Positions 28,316 to 38,528 of a stretch of DNA of 64,000 nt are shown here, in pieces (within the stretch, counting starts at the first letter, position 1; the number at the start of each line of letters is the position of its first letter). The position numbers were made by a program, and so were the translations under genes. Under the pieces are notes generated by a model that was not told the DNA's origin, did no database searches, and saw only the letters and a program-made list of their open reading frames with translations. The DNA is from Bacteroidales bacterium (lineage in GTDB: Bacteria; Bacteroidota; Bacteroidia; Bacteroidales; F082): the NCBI GenBank assembly GCA_024681295.1, contig JAILBC010000132.1, positions 12,397 to 76,396 of the forward strand, in the 5' to 3' direction.

Positions 28316-30733
28316 ATGAGTGTATTCAGCTATAAACGGTTCAAGGTACTGCTCAATGCAGACTCGAAGAAAGTCCAGGGATTGAGAACCGGCGACATTG
28401 TGCGCCGCCAATACTTCGACGGCACCAACGTCATTTACTCCCTTATGGCCGTCCTCGACTATGGCAAGGATGAGACTACCCAGCAGCCGTATTTCATCGG
28501 CGCGTTGTTGGAAGGTGACGAGCCAGAGACGGGGCAGATCCTCGACTTCGTGAGGATAACGAGTTTGATGGATACCGACCGGAGCGGTGCGCTTTACCTC
28601 ACGGCATCGGATTCCATGTCGCCATACATGGATGTCATCGACGGCATTGGACGCAACTTCTCGTTCTGTTGGCCAGTCAACATAGGCAACACTGCCTCCG
28701 TTGACCCGACTAAGCAATATGTCGTAAAAGGGAGCACCCTGGTAACAGCAGAGTACATAGATTCCATGGATGATTGCAGGAGAATCCTGCATCTGACCAG
28801 AAACAGCACGTCATCAACCGACCCAATCGGCATCGAGCAGCAGTTTTACAAGTTTGTGTCGAACCCTCAGCGCATCCTTGTCTCGTACCGAATCAAAGGA
28901 AGCAGCAGCTTCACGGCCCATGCTTCACTCATGTATATCAACGGGACCAATACGGACGGCACCGTCGATGTGGATGTCACTACAGACTGGCAATATAAGT
29001 TCCATGCCATCACCGTGGATTACAGCGGAAGGCACTTGCGTAAGTTTTTGCTTACCATTGATTCGCTTGCAGAAGATGACGAGGTTTGGATTTCCGACCT
29101 GAACATCATCCTGCAATCCAGTCTGACTTCATTCAACGAAGCCAGCAAGGTACGTGTAGGCCGTCTCGACGGCGTGAGCGACGAGGTGTTTGGCCGTCTT
29201 GACGGCTATGGTTCTTACTTGCAGAAACTTTACGCATCGGGATCGGCTCATATCAGCGGCACATTGACCGCCGGTGACGAGAACGGCTTCGGAGCCACGT
29301 TCTACGCCGGCAAGATACACCGCAACGTCCTGATCAACTCCCTTGACTGCAACTGGACCAACGCCATCACCATCAACACCACCACGGCAAACCCGACAGG
29401 TGTAGGCAAGGTCTATGACCTCAATATGTCAAAGACGCTCATCATGCAGTCGAGGGAATGGCTGAACACCAAGATTGGAAAGAAATACACCTTCTCTTTT
29501 TGGGGGTTCCCGAAGAAAGCGGTGCAGATTGCGGTGCAGCAGAATGGATTTGCAGTCGGGGTAATCAACATCCCTTATGCCGACGTGCATGGCTGGCATA
29601 GATACCACCTCACATTCGACTTGCTGGAACCATCCGGTGCAAGTGAGACATTGCAGTTGACCTTCATCCCGACATTCTCAACGCAATCTGTTGACACCAT
29701 CACCGGTGAATCGAGTTCCGTGGTTGACATAGACAGCATTCTGTTCTCTGCTCCACAACTCGAATCTGGGAAAGAGGTTACGCAATACCAGCCCACCGAC
29801 GCAACGCTGAACTACACCGAGGACTATGGTGCTTGGTTCTCAAGAGGTGGCATTGGCGGCACCATCCAAAACCCGCTGCTGAAACTCAATTACGACGGCA
29901 ACGGCGGCATCAAAGCCCGCAACAACGCCTTTGTACTGAACAACGACGGCAGCGGCCATTTGGCAAAGGCCCAAATCTCATGGGACGAAGAAGGCAATGT
30001 CACCTTCGGCGGCAAAGTAACCCTTACATGGGATAACCTCGATGACGATGTGCAGGACAACCTCTACAACAAGTCCATCCGCATCCTTGGAGGCGACACT
30101 TTTACGTTGGTTGGCGACCTGTCGGGAGGTACGGTGTTCTCACCTGAAAGCATTGAGTTGACCATCAGTGAGACAAACATGCAGTCAACATCGAGCCAGC
30201 GGGCCTGGTATTATCTGTCCGGCAATACCTGGGTACAAATCCAGGGAGAAAATGGCTTGACGCTGGAAGTGGAGCCCGATGATGACATTTGGATGAACAA
30301 AAACATCGTAACTGTCAAAGCTCAGGTCACTATCGACGATCATGTGTATGCGGACACGATCACGTTGCGAAAGGAGTTTCTTGTTGGCTATTCGGTGGAG
30401 ATTGTCTCTTCGATGGGCGACACGTTCATGAATGGCGAGTGCAGCACCGTATTGACCGCCAATGTCTATTACCAAGGCTTGCTTGTTGACCCCGAATATG
30501 TCGCCGAGAACTTCACCTTCTTCTGGCGCAAGTACAAAATCACCGACGAACTGGTGGAAGAGGATGACTGGTGGCAGACCATCTACGACGAGGAAAACAA
30601 CGTCGTGCAGGAGTTTATCGACCGCACCCAGCAGGCCATCACCCTGAACTGCCCGATAGACGGCAGCGACATGTACACCTGTGAATTGCAAATCGGCTCG
30701 GGATTCGCCTTCAGCTTCCCGGCTGTGCTATAA
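28316..30733 (+). CDS. Large tail fibre/baseplate structural protein
   Basis: 805-aa ORF, 1 nt after the preceding gene, with a beta-rich composition. Confidence 0.5.
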   Translation: MSVFSYKRFKVLLNADSKKVQGLRTGDIVRRQYFDGTNVIYSLMAVLDYGKDETTQQPYFIGALLEGDEPETGQILDFVRITSLMDTDRSGALYLTASDSMSPYMDVIDGIGRNFSFCWPVNIGNTASVDPTKQYVVKGSTLVTAEYIDSMDDCRRILHLTRNSTSSTDPIGIEQQFYKFVSNPQRILVSYRIKGSSSFTAHASLMYINGTNTDGTVDVDVTTDWQYKFHAITVDYSGRHLRKFLLTIDSLAEDDEVWISDLNIILQSSLTSFNEASKVRVGRLDGVSDEVFGRLDGYGSYLQKLYASGSAHISGTLTAGDENGFGATFYAGKIHRNVLINSLDCNWTNAITINTTTANPTGVGKVYDLNMSKTLIMQSREWLNTKIGKKYTFSFWGFPKKAVQIAVQQNGFAVGVINIPYADVHGWHRYHLTFDLLEPSGASETLQLTFIPTFSTQSVDTITGESSSVVDIDSILFSAPQLESGKEVTQYQPTDATLNYTEDYGAWFSRGGIGGTIQNPLLKLNYDGNGGIKARNNAFVLNNDGSGHLAKAQISWDEEGNVTFGGKVTLTWDNLDDDVQDNLYNKSIRILGGDTFTLVGDLSGGTVFSPESIELTISETNMQSTSSQRAWYYLSGNTWVQIQGENGLTLEVEPDDDIWMNKNIVTVKAQVTIDDHVYADTITLRKEFLVGYSVEIVSSMGDTFMNGECSTVLTANVYYQGLLVDPEYVAENFTFFWRKYKITDELVEEDDWWQTIYDEENNVVQEFIDRTQQAITLNCPIDGSDMYTCELQIGSGFAFSFPAVL

Positions 30734-30753
30734 CAACCCTAAAACTAAACATT

Positions 30754-31269
30754 ATGCTGGATTTTGGAAACAAGATAGAAAACGAAGGCGCAACCCCGCA
30801 GGGAAGGCTGTCGGCTGGCGAGTTCAACACCCTTGTCAGCGCTGTCAACCAGAATGAAAGCGACATCGCGCATCTTCATTCAACCACGGCTGTCCCTGGC
30901 TGTTTCTCTCTTGATTACGACAACGTAAACAGAAAACTGAAACTGAATTACACCCGCTCTGGAACAACAACGACCCTAGCGACAATAGACACCGACGATT
31001 TCGTCATCGGAGGTTCGTTGACACAGGCGGCGTATTCCGATACCGACGGGCAAGGCACGTCAGGCGACTACCTCATGCTTGAGTTCTCTACGGGTGATTT
31101 AATCTACATCAACCTTACCCCAATAGTCGGAGCCGCTTTGACAGCCATCCAAGCTAGGCTTACGGCACTTGAAGGGAAGTTCGAGGAATCCACCGAGGAG
31201 GATATCGAATTGATGATTGAGAACGAGACCTGGACCCCAGGTGTCATTTACTACACGGTGGAGGACTAA
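30754..31269 (+). CDS. Hypothetical tail-module protein
   Basis: 171-aa ORF with a short coiled-coil segment (LTAIQARLTALEGKFEE). Confidence 0.5.
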   Translation: MLDFGNKIENEGATPQGRLSAGEFNTLVSAVNQNESDIAHLHSTTAVPGCFSLDYDNVNRKLKLNYTRSGTTTTLATIDTDDFVIGGSLTQAAYSDTDGQGTSGDYLMLEFSTGDLIYINLTPIVGAALTAIQARLTALEGKFEESTEEDIELMIENETWTPGVIYYTVED

Positions 31270-31271
31270 CG

Positions 31272-31427
31272 ATGCTTGTAATCAACGGGAAACGCATATC
31301 GTCAATGATGATAAACGGAAAGATGATTTCCACCAAGTATCTTGACGGCGATCTTATTTGGCAACTCAACAACGCCTTGTCAGCGTGGTTCCGTTCAGAC
31401 GGATACTTCCGCAGTGAGGCGTGGTAA
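31272..31427 (+). CDS. Possible 51-aa ORF
   Basis: Hand-read MLVINGKRISSMMINGKMISTKYLDGDLIWQLNN...SEAW. It fills the gap before the giant gene and is below the ORF-track cutoff. Confidence 0.3.
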   Translation: MLVINGKRISSMMINGKMISTKYLDGDLIWQLNNALSAWFRSDGYFRSEAW

Positions 31428-31454
31428 CATATTATTCACAAACAAAATCAACCT

Positions 31455-34400
31455 ATGGCAAAGAAAATAACTATCGAAGGAAGCGATATCCTTAGCGCAC
31501 TAACCGAAGCATGGGGTGGTGTAAACAACACCGGAGCAACCGTTACCGTACACGGGACCGAAGTGCCTGCTGGTGCCGAATGGGGCATAAACCGAGGTGA
31601 AATCGAGAGATTCATCAAGGAGCAGTTTTGTCTCAAAGCCGGTGTGTTCAGGTGGTATAAGCCAAACGATGTTAACTACTACAGCCTTGTAGTGTTCGCA
31701 AAGGCGTCAGACGCTACAGCATGGGACGCAGACCACAGCTTGACAAACTACCTTCAAATCATCCAACTTCCAATCAGTACTGTAGCCACCGACTCCTACA
31801 TCTGCCGTCTCGCAGCCAACAAGAGCACGAGCAACGCCTATGTGGTGAAGAACGGCGACAGCTTTGGTGTCAATCTGCGTTACCAGTCGGTGTTTGTTGA
31901 AGGTGCGACAAGTACCTCCAGCAACTACTCGGCTGATGGTGTTATCACCATCGAGCGCAGCGTCAACGCGGGTTCGTCTTGGGTGCAGGTGGCACGATTG
32001 GGAGGGCAGACCTCACTTGATCCATCAGCAGAGACATTCCCTATCGAAATTGACCTTGGAGAATATCTTGTCGCAAGTATGAACAACCGTTTCCGCATCC
32101 GTGCTTCATTCCAGTACACTGCAGATGGTGTGACAAAGACAAGCTATTCTTCGTACATCACATTCAATGTTTCATCGGTAAACCTCGCCATGTCGATGGC
32201 GACCGATTGGGCGGTGCCGATTACCGCAAATTCATCGACATCACAGATGGCTTTGAACTTCACCCTTTACGGAGCAGTCCAGAAGTATCTGACCATCAAG
32301 GTTGACGGAACGACATTCATCGACGCAAGCCCTTACGATGCAAGTGTCAACAGCGAGCAAACTGGCAATATCGCAATCACCGACTCCACTAAGGCCATCT
32401 TCACTCACGGCGTTCACGAAGTCCAAGCCTTCCTTACCTGCTCCAACGGTTGCGGTGGTACGTTGACTTCCGACGTCATGGTCTATCACTTGATGGTGGT
32501 CAACAGCTCCACCACCGGCGCAGACCTGACACAGCCGCATCTGCTTCTTCAGGAGATTGCAACATTGGTTGACAACTTCGTCCAGTCAAGGATTTGCAAG
32601 TATGCCGTATATCACCCGGACGGCGACGATATCGACCTGTCGCTTATCATCTGCTCTTCGGCCCAAAACTACATCACGAACCCATCAACGGAGTATTTCC
32701 GTGCAGAGAAAACGGCTGAGAGCGGAGAACAGTACGACCTCAACGCCACGTTGGAAATCGAGGACCAGGCCGGCAACACTCTCAACTCGTACTTGCAGGT
32801 ATTGAGGCACGACGGCGGCACTACGACCAACTTCCTGTATGAGACAACAGGCGTCGCCTATCAGTCCATACCCGTTGACAACACCGCTGGCTATGCCCCG
32901 ACTGCTGGAACGACTTTCTACCTCAACCCGAAGCTTCGCAACAACAGCGAGGCAAACCCGGAGCGCATCCTGAACGCCGCCAATGCCAATGCCGAAGTTA
33001 CCTCCACGTGGGAACACTTCAAGCTTGGTCAGCAAGACGGATGGCTGTTGGACTCTGAGGGTAACAAGATGTTGCGTGTACCGGCTGGCTGCAACCTCGG
33101 TATCAGCCTGAATCCTTTCTCCCAATTCCTGTCAACGCCAAACAGCGGCATGACAATGGACTTCGACATCAAGGTCAGCAACGTGACCAATGAGGACGAT
33201 CCCATCCTGAGAATCTGCGAGGCCAGCGGACAGAACTTCATCGGGCTTCGCCTGAAACCAATGAGAGGAACGATGACCACGGCCTCACACACGACGGAAA
33301 GCACCAGCGACTTCTCGTGGCAAGAGGATGAACGCACCCATATCTCAATCAACATCCACAATGCGGTCGCCCCCAACAGTGCCAACGATGGCTTGACCTC
33401 GGACGGCACCACACCGACTGGAACGCTTGCCCTTGTGAGGGTGCTGATTAACGGCGTCATCAACCGCGAATTCGTGTTCTCCACCACAAGCGCCACGGAG
33501 TTCTGCACAGCAGCGCTTTCCAACGGCGGCATCATCATCGGCCAGGAGGGTGCCGACATCGACATTTACGGCATTCGTATCTGGGCGTCGCAGCAGCTAT
33601 CCGCAAGAAACGTCGTACAGAACTATATCGCCACCATCCCGTCTGCAGCAGAAAAGGAAAGAGTGAAGAAAGAAAACGACATCATCGAAAGCGGCGTTGT
33701 CAACGCAGAGAAGGTGAAGGCCCTCGGTAAGAACGTGCTTATCTGGCACGGAGCCGAGATATGGCATGGCGCATCATCCACCCAAAACGGTTGGTGGGAG
33801 TTCTACCAATATGATGCAGACGGCCAGCTTATTCCGGAACTGAGCGGCACCATAGGAAAGGCCACTGCAAGCCTGCCGTCTAAAGGCCAGGGTACGACGG
33901 CCAAGACATACTACTACTGGAACATCCAGACGAAGATCAGCGACCTCACGACGCTTATCAACGTGCCGATTGCCGACCTGCATAGCAGCATCAGCGTAAC
34001 AATGCTCACCGACGAGCAGCTCGCCGCCTACAAGGAGGACAACGAGAGCGCCTCTAAGTGGTCGAGGGCCGCATACATCAAGGGCGGCAACCTTGGGAAG
34101 AACTTCCCGCTCGCAACGGAGAGCGCACAGGTGTACGAGGTTATAGACATCGACGGAGTGGACGGCGTGAGGGTCCCCGACGGATGGATCGACGGAAACG
34201 GAAAATACAGGGGCGTCGGCTACACGATCATCAACGGCGCACCGCTGGCGCAGAAGTTCGTCCTGAAAATCAACTATGCGTCCTCGATGCAGTCGCACAT
34301 CATCGGTGTCAACAAGCTCTACAACGACCTCCACAAGATCTATTGCGGCTCGAACGCCCTGCAGGCGACAACGCCCGGAGCGGTCGTGGCCAAGCACCTC

Positions 34401-37400
34401 GAGCCGTTCCTGTTCTTCACGCAGGCCAGTGACAACGCGGCTCCCGTGTATCGGGGACCCGGCGCCTGGGGCCCCGGAAAGATGGACAAGCCGACGTGGG
34501 GTTACGTGAAGTCTGCGTTCCCAAACTTCGCCATGTTCGAGGGTGCAGACAACAACAAGGAGCTCACCGACATGCGCGTCCCGTTCGACGACGCCGTTCA
34601 TGCCGGAGACACCTATCCGAAGGTGTATTACCACCCCGAGAACGAATGCTTCATGTACCGCGTCGACTCCGGGCTCCAGCACTCGCAGAAATGCATCGAC
34701 TTCGACGGAGGAAAGACCGTTGATGTCGAAACCACGGACGGCACGCACCTCTATCCTGGCGAATACCCGCACCCGAACCTCGTGTCGTTCCTGAAGAACG
34801 CGTGGAACTTCCTGTTCCTGCACAACCCGCGCGTCAAGCCGTTCATCACCAGCGGCGGAACGCTCGGTTCGTTCAGCGACTTCGCTTCCAGCGATGCGGC
34901 ACAGGACACCGGCAACAAGTACTGGTGTTCCGACTATAAGCTGTACCGCTATGACTTCGCAGACGGCGCCTGGGTCAATGCCGGCCTGTGGAATGGCACT
35001 TCCTATGATGAGGTTAATCTCCTCGACTCTTCGGCTGAGAGCGGGACGCTGGCATACGCCACGTACACCGCATGGAACGCCCTTACGAGCAACCAGAAGG
35101 CCGACTACGAGGGTTATGTGAACAAGGCGTTTATTTCCGGTATTGTCTCTCATGCGAAAGCCAACATCGGCAACTACTTCGTGGTGAATTCATTGAAGTT
35201 CCACTATGCTTTCGAGAACCATTTCATCGCCGGAACCGACAACTGTAGTAAAAACACTTACTACGTGCTTGTCCCGACCGGCGGCAGCATGGGGGCATGG
35301 ACCGACTGGAAGTTTGAGCTTCACCAAGACGACGTAGATACCGTTCTCGCCACCGACAACAGCGGATTGCAGACCAAGCCGTACTACATCGACCGTATGC
35401 ACCCCTATGCAGAGGATGACGTGAACGAGACGGATTCGCTCTACGAAGGGACTAACAACGTCCTGTTCAACCTATGTGAGGAAATGTGGGAGGATTCGCT
35501 GGAAATCAGCGACACCCTGAGAAGCATCCTTAGTTCGATGTCTGGTCTGACAGGTGGAACTGGCAGTGCGGTAAGCGACGGCATGAACGGCATATGGAAG
35601 GCCCTCAACCGCTATATCTTCGACGTTCAGCGTTACATCCCAGCCATGGCCTTCAATGAGGCTGCTAGGATCCGTTACGAGTTCCCGAAGCTTATGAACT
35701 ACACCAGCGACCAGAGACAGGTTGACCCGATCGAGCAGTCCATGGGCGACCAACTCCAGGCAGAACTTCAATGGATGAAGCGCCGTCTGGTTTACATGGC
35801 CTCTTATGCAGCATTCGGTGAGTTCGCCCCTGCAACGACGGTGAACACCGGTATCAGCGACCTTTCTCAGTCGTTCGCCATGGTTATGGCTGCGCTGCCA
35901 AACAGCACTACTCAGACGTCGCAATACACATTCCGGCTGGTCCCTCACCAGTGGATCTATCCTACTGCGGCCATGGCCCAAAGTAGCATCAACCCGCACG
36001 TCAGGGTGGCGCCAGGTGCCGCCAACATGCCAAACGGCTACTTCGAGATTGTCTTGAGTCCTACGGCACGAAGCGATGACGGTATCACCATCTACGGCAT
36101 CAACTACTACCGAAGCATCGGCAACATCGGCAACAACTGTTTCAACCCGGCTGGCACGCTGACCCTCAACGGCAAGCGCCTGACGGAATTCAAGGCCGAG
36201 CCATCGACGTACTATTCCACCACTGTTGGCGGCAACAGTATCACCGCCGAGGCATGGCGGCAACTTTCCGACACGGAGAAAGCCAACTACCTACCTGCGT
36301 TCCGTTGCTCAGGTGTCAATGTCGGTTCCGCTACGAGAATCGCAGACCTGTCGTTCAACGGCTGCTCTTCGGTGGGTGGCAACACCATCGACATCGGAGG
36401 CTTGTCAAGGGCTGCATCCATCGACTTGCGCTATACCGACATCCTTTCCGTCGCACTGCCTCAGACACCGACGCTGACCACGCTGAAACTTCCGGCAAAG
36501 CTTACGACGCTATCCATCATGAACTGCGGCTCGTTGGAAACCGTCTCAGTGCAAGGTTTCACTTCGATGACCAGTATGACGGTCAAGGGCTGCCCCCTGC
36601 TTTCAACGGCTACCCGTGCCTTGGTGCTGAGTCTGCACGATGGAGGGGCGGCTGTCACCAACATCGAGATAGACAACATCAACTGGCAGGCGCAGACCAT
36701 CGACGGAGAAACAATGCGCTGGCTGCTTGACGTTGGCGACGCTGGATCGTGCAAGCTTTCTGGTCGAATAGAAATGGCTTCGACTTCAGCAACGCCGTCG
36801 GGCCGTCTCTACTACGATGATGTGGCGCGTCTTATCAGGCGTTACGGCAACATCTATGACTCCACTATAGCCGTCACCGACAATGCGCTGTATGTGAACT
36901 TCGCCACCACCGCCGTCACAGCGGCTATGTTGGCTATCGAAGGACGAAAGTACATCAATCCTTCGGAGTTGACCGACAAAACCATCGTAAACGGCAATAT
37001 CACCGGCGGTTACTACAACGACCTGCAGCTTTTGGTCAACGGCACCGGCAACAATGTCGCTGCTGCGCAGAAGTCCGATGGAACGTGGACCCCGAATGTC
37101 AAGTGGACCATCGAGACTACCGGCATGTCATCGTATGCCGCCATCGAGGACATCTATTCTCCTGTCATCCATGTCATCTTGGTAAGCCAGGTGACGATGG
37201 TGGTTCGTGCGACACTTACCGACATTAATGGCAATGAGCGTTACGTCGAAAAGACCATCGGTCTATGGCGCCGTGTCCCTCAGGTCGGCGACTTTGCCTG
37301 GACTGACGGTGAATTCGATAACGAGGATGATACCTCGAAAGCACTCGCAGGCTTGGTTGTCATGCGTCAGATGTACACCTCAGACAACCAACTGACAACG

Positions 37401-38474
37401 GATCCCGCTCAGGCTGCTTGGTATAAGATATGGGTGAATTCGTTCTGCGGCGGCACAAACGCCAACGCGAACAACGTCACGATGCTTTCGTCATCCGACG
37501 GACAAAGCTCTCAATACGGCGACGTATCGACGCAGTGCTGGGGAATGTATCCCGTGACAGGCGGCAGTTCCGTAGGTCTCGACGATACGAAGTCCAACAG
37601 TGTCTATGTTGACGGCTTGCTTGCTGCCATTGCCACCGCAACCGGCAGAAGCGACGTCTTTGATACTCCGTTGAGCAACCTTACTGGTGACGTATACCTG
37701 AGAAAGGATGCGGCTGCAGTGGCTGCGGCTGGCGGCGGTATCGCCATGCAGGATGACACCCAACCCGACGGGTGGGCCGTGCAGACAGCAAGTTACATGA
37801 CCAACTTCGACAGCGAAGGCGAGCGCGACAAATTGATGGCCTATGCCGATACGGTGTTGCAAGCCGTGTTGGATTACATGAATATCAGCGACGATGACCT
37901 GCCGGATGACTGTAAGGACTCTCTTGGCAACACCCATCCGCAGACTCCACAGGCCCTTGCCGACCTCACTCAGATGTTGGTCCAGTATGCTGCGGACAAT
38001 GGCGTTTCCAACCCTGCTCGTTATCGCGAGTTTATGTTCTGCGCCGCGCGTCTGTGTGATGTATGGTGCCCCGCGGACGTAAGTGCCAACATCATCAACG
38101 GCACACGCATCACGGAAGCCCAGCTTGACGACCAGTACAAACGCGGCAAGTGGATGCTCCCGTCGTCGGCGTTGCTGGCGAGGATATTCAATTTCCTCGG
38201 CAACAGTCGTTCCGGTTACAACACTTCTGCGGCACCAAGTGCGGACTACGCCAATAATAATGTGGTGGAGGCCAAACTTGCACTGTTCTCTAATGCTATT
38301 GCAAAGGGTAGGACCGTACCTGTGAGTTACAGTAGTGGCCAGTGGAGCGGTACTGAGACCAGTCGCACCTACGCCAGGCTCGTGGGCTTCACCGATGGTC
38401 TCGCCATCGCCTACTACAACAAGTACTACGGGTACGTTGTTCGGCCTGTCGCAGCATTCAAATTTGTTCCATAA
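31455..38474 (+). CDS. Giant (2339 aa) multidomain DGR target protein, putative receptor-binding tail protein with C-terminal DUF1566/C-type-lectin-fold variable domain
   Basis: The VR occupies the last ~48 codons. The C-terminus GKWMLPSSALLARIF...YGYVVRPVAAF resembles DUF1566/CLec DGR targets. Internal LamG-like, CotH-like and LRR-like segments are described in the findings. Confidence 0.9.
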   Translation: MAKKITIEGSDILSALTEAWGGVNNTGATVTVHGTEVPAGAEWGINRGEIERFIKEQFCLKAGVFRWYKPNDVNYYSLVVFAKASDATAWDADHSLTNYLQIIQLPISTVATDSYICRLAANKSTSNAYVVKNGDSFGVNLRYQSVFVEGATSTSSNYSADGVITIERSVNAGSSWVQVARLGGQTSLDPSAETFPIEIDLGEYLVASMNNRFRIRASFQYTADGVTKTSYSSYITFNVSSVNLAMSMATDWAVPITANSSTSQMALNFTLYGAVQKYLTIKVDGTTFIDASPYDASVNSEQTGNIAITDSTKAIFTHGVHEVQAFLTCSNGCGGTLTSDVMVYHLMVVNSSTTGADLTQPHLLLQEIATLVDNFVQSRICKYAVYHPDGDDIDLSLIICSSAQNYITNPSTEYFRAEKTAESGEQYDLNATLEIEDQAGNTLNSYLQVLRHDGGTTTNFLYETTGVAYQSIPVDNTAGYAPTAGTTFYLNPKLRNNSEANPERILNAANANAEVTSTWEHFKLGQQDGWLLDSEGNKMLRVPAGCNLGISLNPFSQFLSTPNSGMTMDFDIKVSNVTNEDDPILRICEASGQNFIGLRLKPMRGTMTTASHTTESTSDFSWQEDERTHISINIHNAVAPNSANDGLTSDGTTPTGTLALVRVLINGVINREFVFSTTSATEFCTAALSNGGIIIGQEGADIDIYGIRIWASQQLSARNVVQNYIATIPSAAEKERVKKENDIIESGVVNAEKVKALGKNVLIWHGAEIWHGASSTQNGWWEFYQYDADGQLIPELSGTIGKATASLPSKGQGTTAKTYYYWNIQTKISDLTTLINVPIADLHSSISVTMLTDEQLAAYKEDNESASKWSRAAYIKGGNLGKNFPLATESAQVYEVIDIDGVDGVRVPDGWIDGNGKYRGVGYTIINGAPLAQKFVLKINYASSMQSHIIGVNKLYNDLHKIYCGSNALQATTPGAVVAKHLEPFLFFTQASDNAAPVYRGPGAWGPGKMDKPTWGYVKSAFPNFAMFEGADNNKELTDMRVPFDDAVHAGDTYPKVYYHPENECFMYRVDSGLQHSQKCIDFDGGKTVDVETTDGTHLYPGEYPHPNLVSFLKNAWNFLFLHNPRVKPFITSGGTLGSFSDFASSDAAQDTGNKYWCSDYKLYRYDFADGAWVNAGLWNGTSYDEVNLLDSSAESGTLAYATYTAWNALTSNQKADYEGYVNKAFISGIVSHAKANIGNYFVVNSLKFHYAFENHFIAGTDNCSKNTYYVLVPTGGSMGAWTDWKFELHQDDVDTVLATDNSGLQTKPYYIDRMHPYAEDDVNETDSLYEGTNNVLFNLCEEMWEDSLEISDTLRSILSSMSGLTGGTGSAVSDGMNGIWKALNRYIFDVQRYIPAMAFNEAARIRYEFPKLMNYTSDQRQVDPIEQSMGDQLQAELQWMKRRLVYMASYAAFGEFAPATTVNTGISDLSQSFAMVMAALPNSTTQTSQYTFRLVPHQWIYPTAAMAQSSINPHVRVAPGAANMPNGYFEIVLSPTARSDDGITIYGINYYRSIGNIGNNCFNPAGTLTLNGKRLTEFKAEPSTYYSTTVGGNSITAEAWRQLSDTEKANYLPAFRCSGVNVGSATRIADLSFNGCSSVGGNTIDIGGLSRAASIDLRYTDILSVALPQTPTLTTLKLPAKLTTLSIMNCGSLETVSVQGFTSMTSMTVKGCPLLSTATRALVLSLHDGGAAVTNIEIDNINWQAQTIDGETMRWLLDVGDAGSCKLSGRIEMASTSATPSGRLYYDDVARLIRRYGNIYDSTIAVTDNALYVNFATTAVTAAMLAIEGRKYINPSELTDKTIVNGNITGGYYNDLQLLVNGTGNNVAAAQKSDGTWTPNVKWTIETTGMSSYAAIEDIYSPVIHVILVSQVTMVVRATLTDINGNERYVEKTIGLWRRVPQVGDFAWTDGEFDNEDDTSKALAGLVVMRQMYTSDNQLTTDPAQAAWYKIWVNSFCGGTNANANNVTMLSSSDGQSSQYGDVSTQCWGMYPVTGGSSVGLDDTKSNSVYVDGLLAAIATATGRSDVFDTPLSNLTGDVYLRKDAAAVAAAGGGIAMQDDTQPDGWAVQTASYMTNFDSEGERDKLMAYADTVLQAVLDYMNISDDDLPDDCKDSLGNTHPQTPQALADLTQMLVQYAADNGVSNPARYREFMFCAARLCDVWCPADVSANIINGTRITEAQLDDQYKRGKWMLPSSALLARIFNFLGNSRSGYNTSAAPSADYANNNVVEAKLALFSNAIAKGRTVPVSYSSGQWSGTETSRTYARLVGFTDGLAIAYYNKYYGYVVRPVAAFKFVP
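38329..38457 (+). repeat. DGR variable repeat (VR)
   Basis: 129 bp aligned to 39109-39237 at a fixed offset of 780. The 21 mismatches all fall at positions that are A in the TR. The last 26 bp are identical. Confidence 0.95.
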
Positions 38475-38481
38475 GGAACAA
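38464..38481 (+). promoter_or_regulatory. Hairpin immediately 3' of VR (candidate DGR target-recognition cruciform)
   Basis: ttgttcc-ATAA-ggaacaa: a 7-bp stem with a 4-nt loop that contains the target gene's TAA stop, 6 nt after the VR end. Confidence 0.45.
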
Positions 38482-38496
38482 GCATTTTACCTTGAC

Positions 38497-38522
38497 GGGT
38501 CGCGTCCTTAAAGACGCGGCCC
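38497..38522 (+). promoter_or_regulatory. GC-rich hairpin between target gene and avd
   Basis: gggtcgcgtc-cttaaa-gacgcggccc: a 10-bp stem (one G-T pair) with no downstream T tract. Confidence 0.4.
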
Positions 38523-38528
38523 TCTTGG

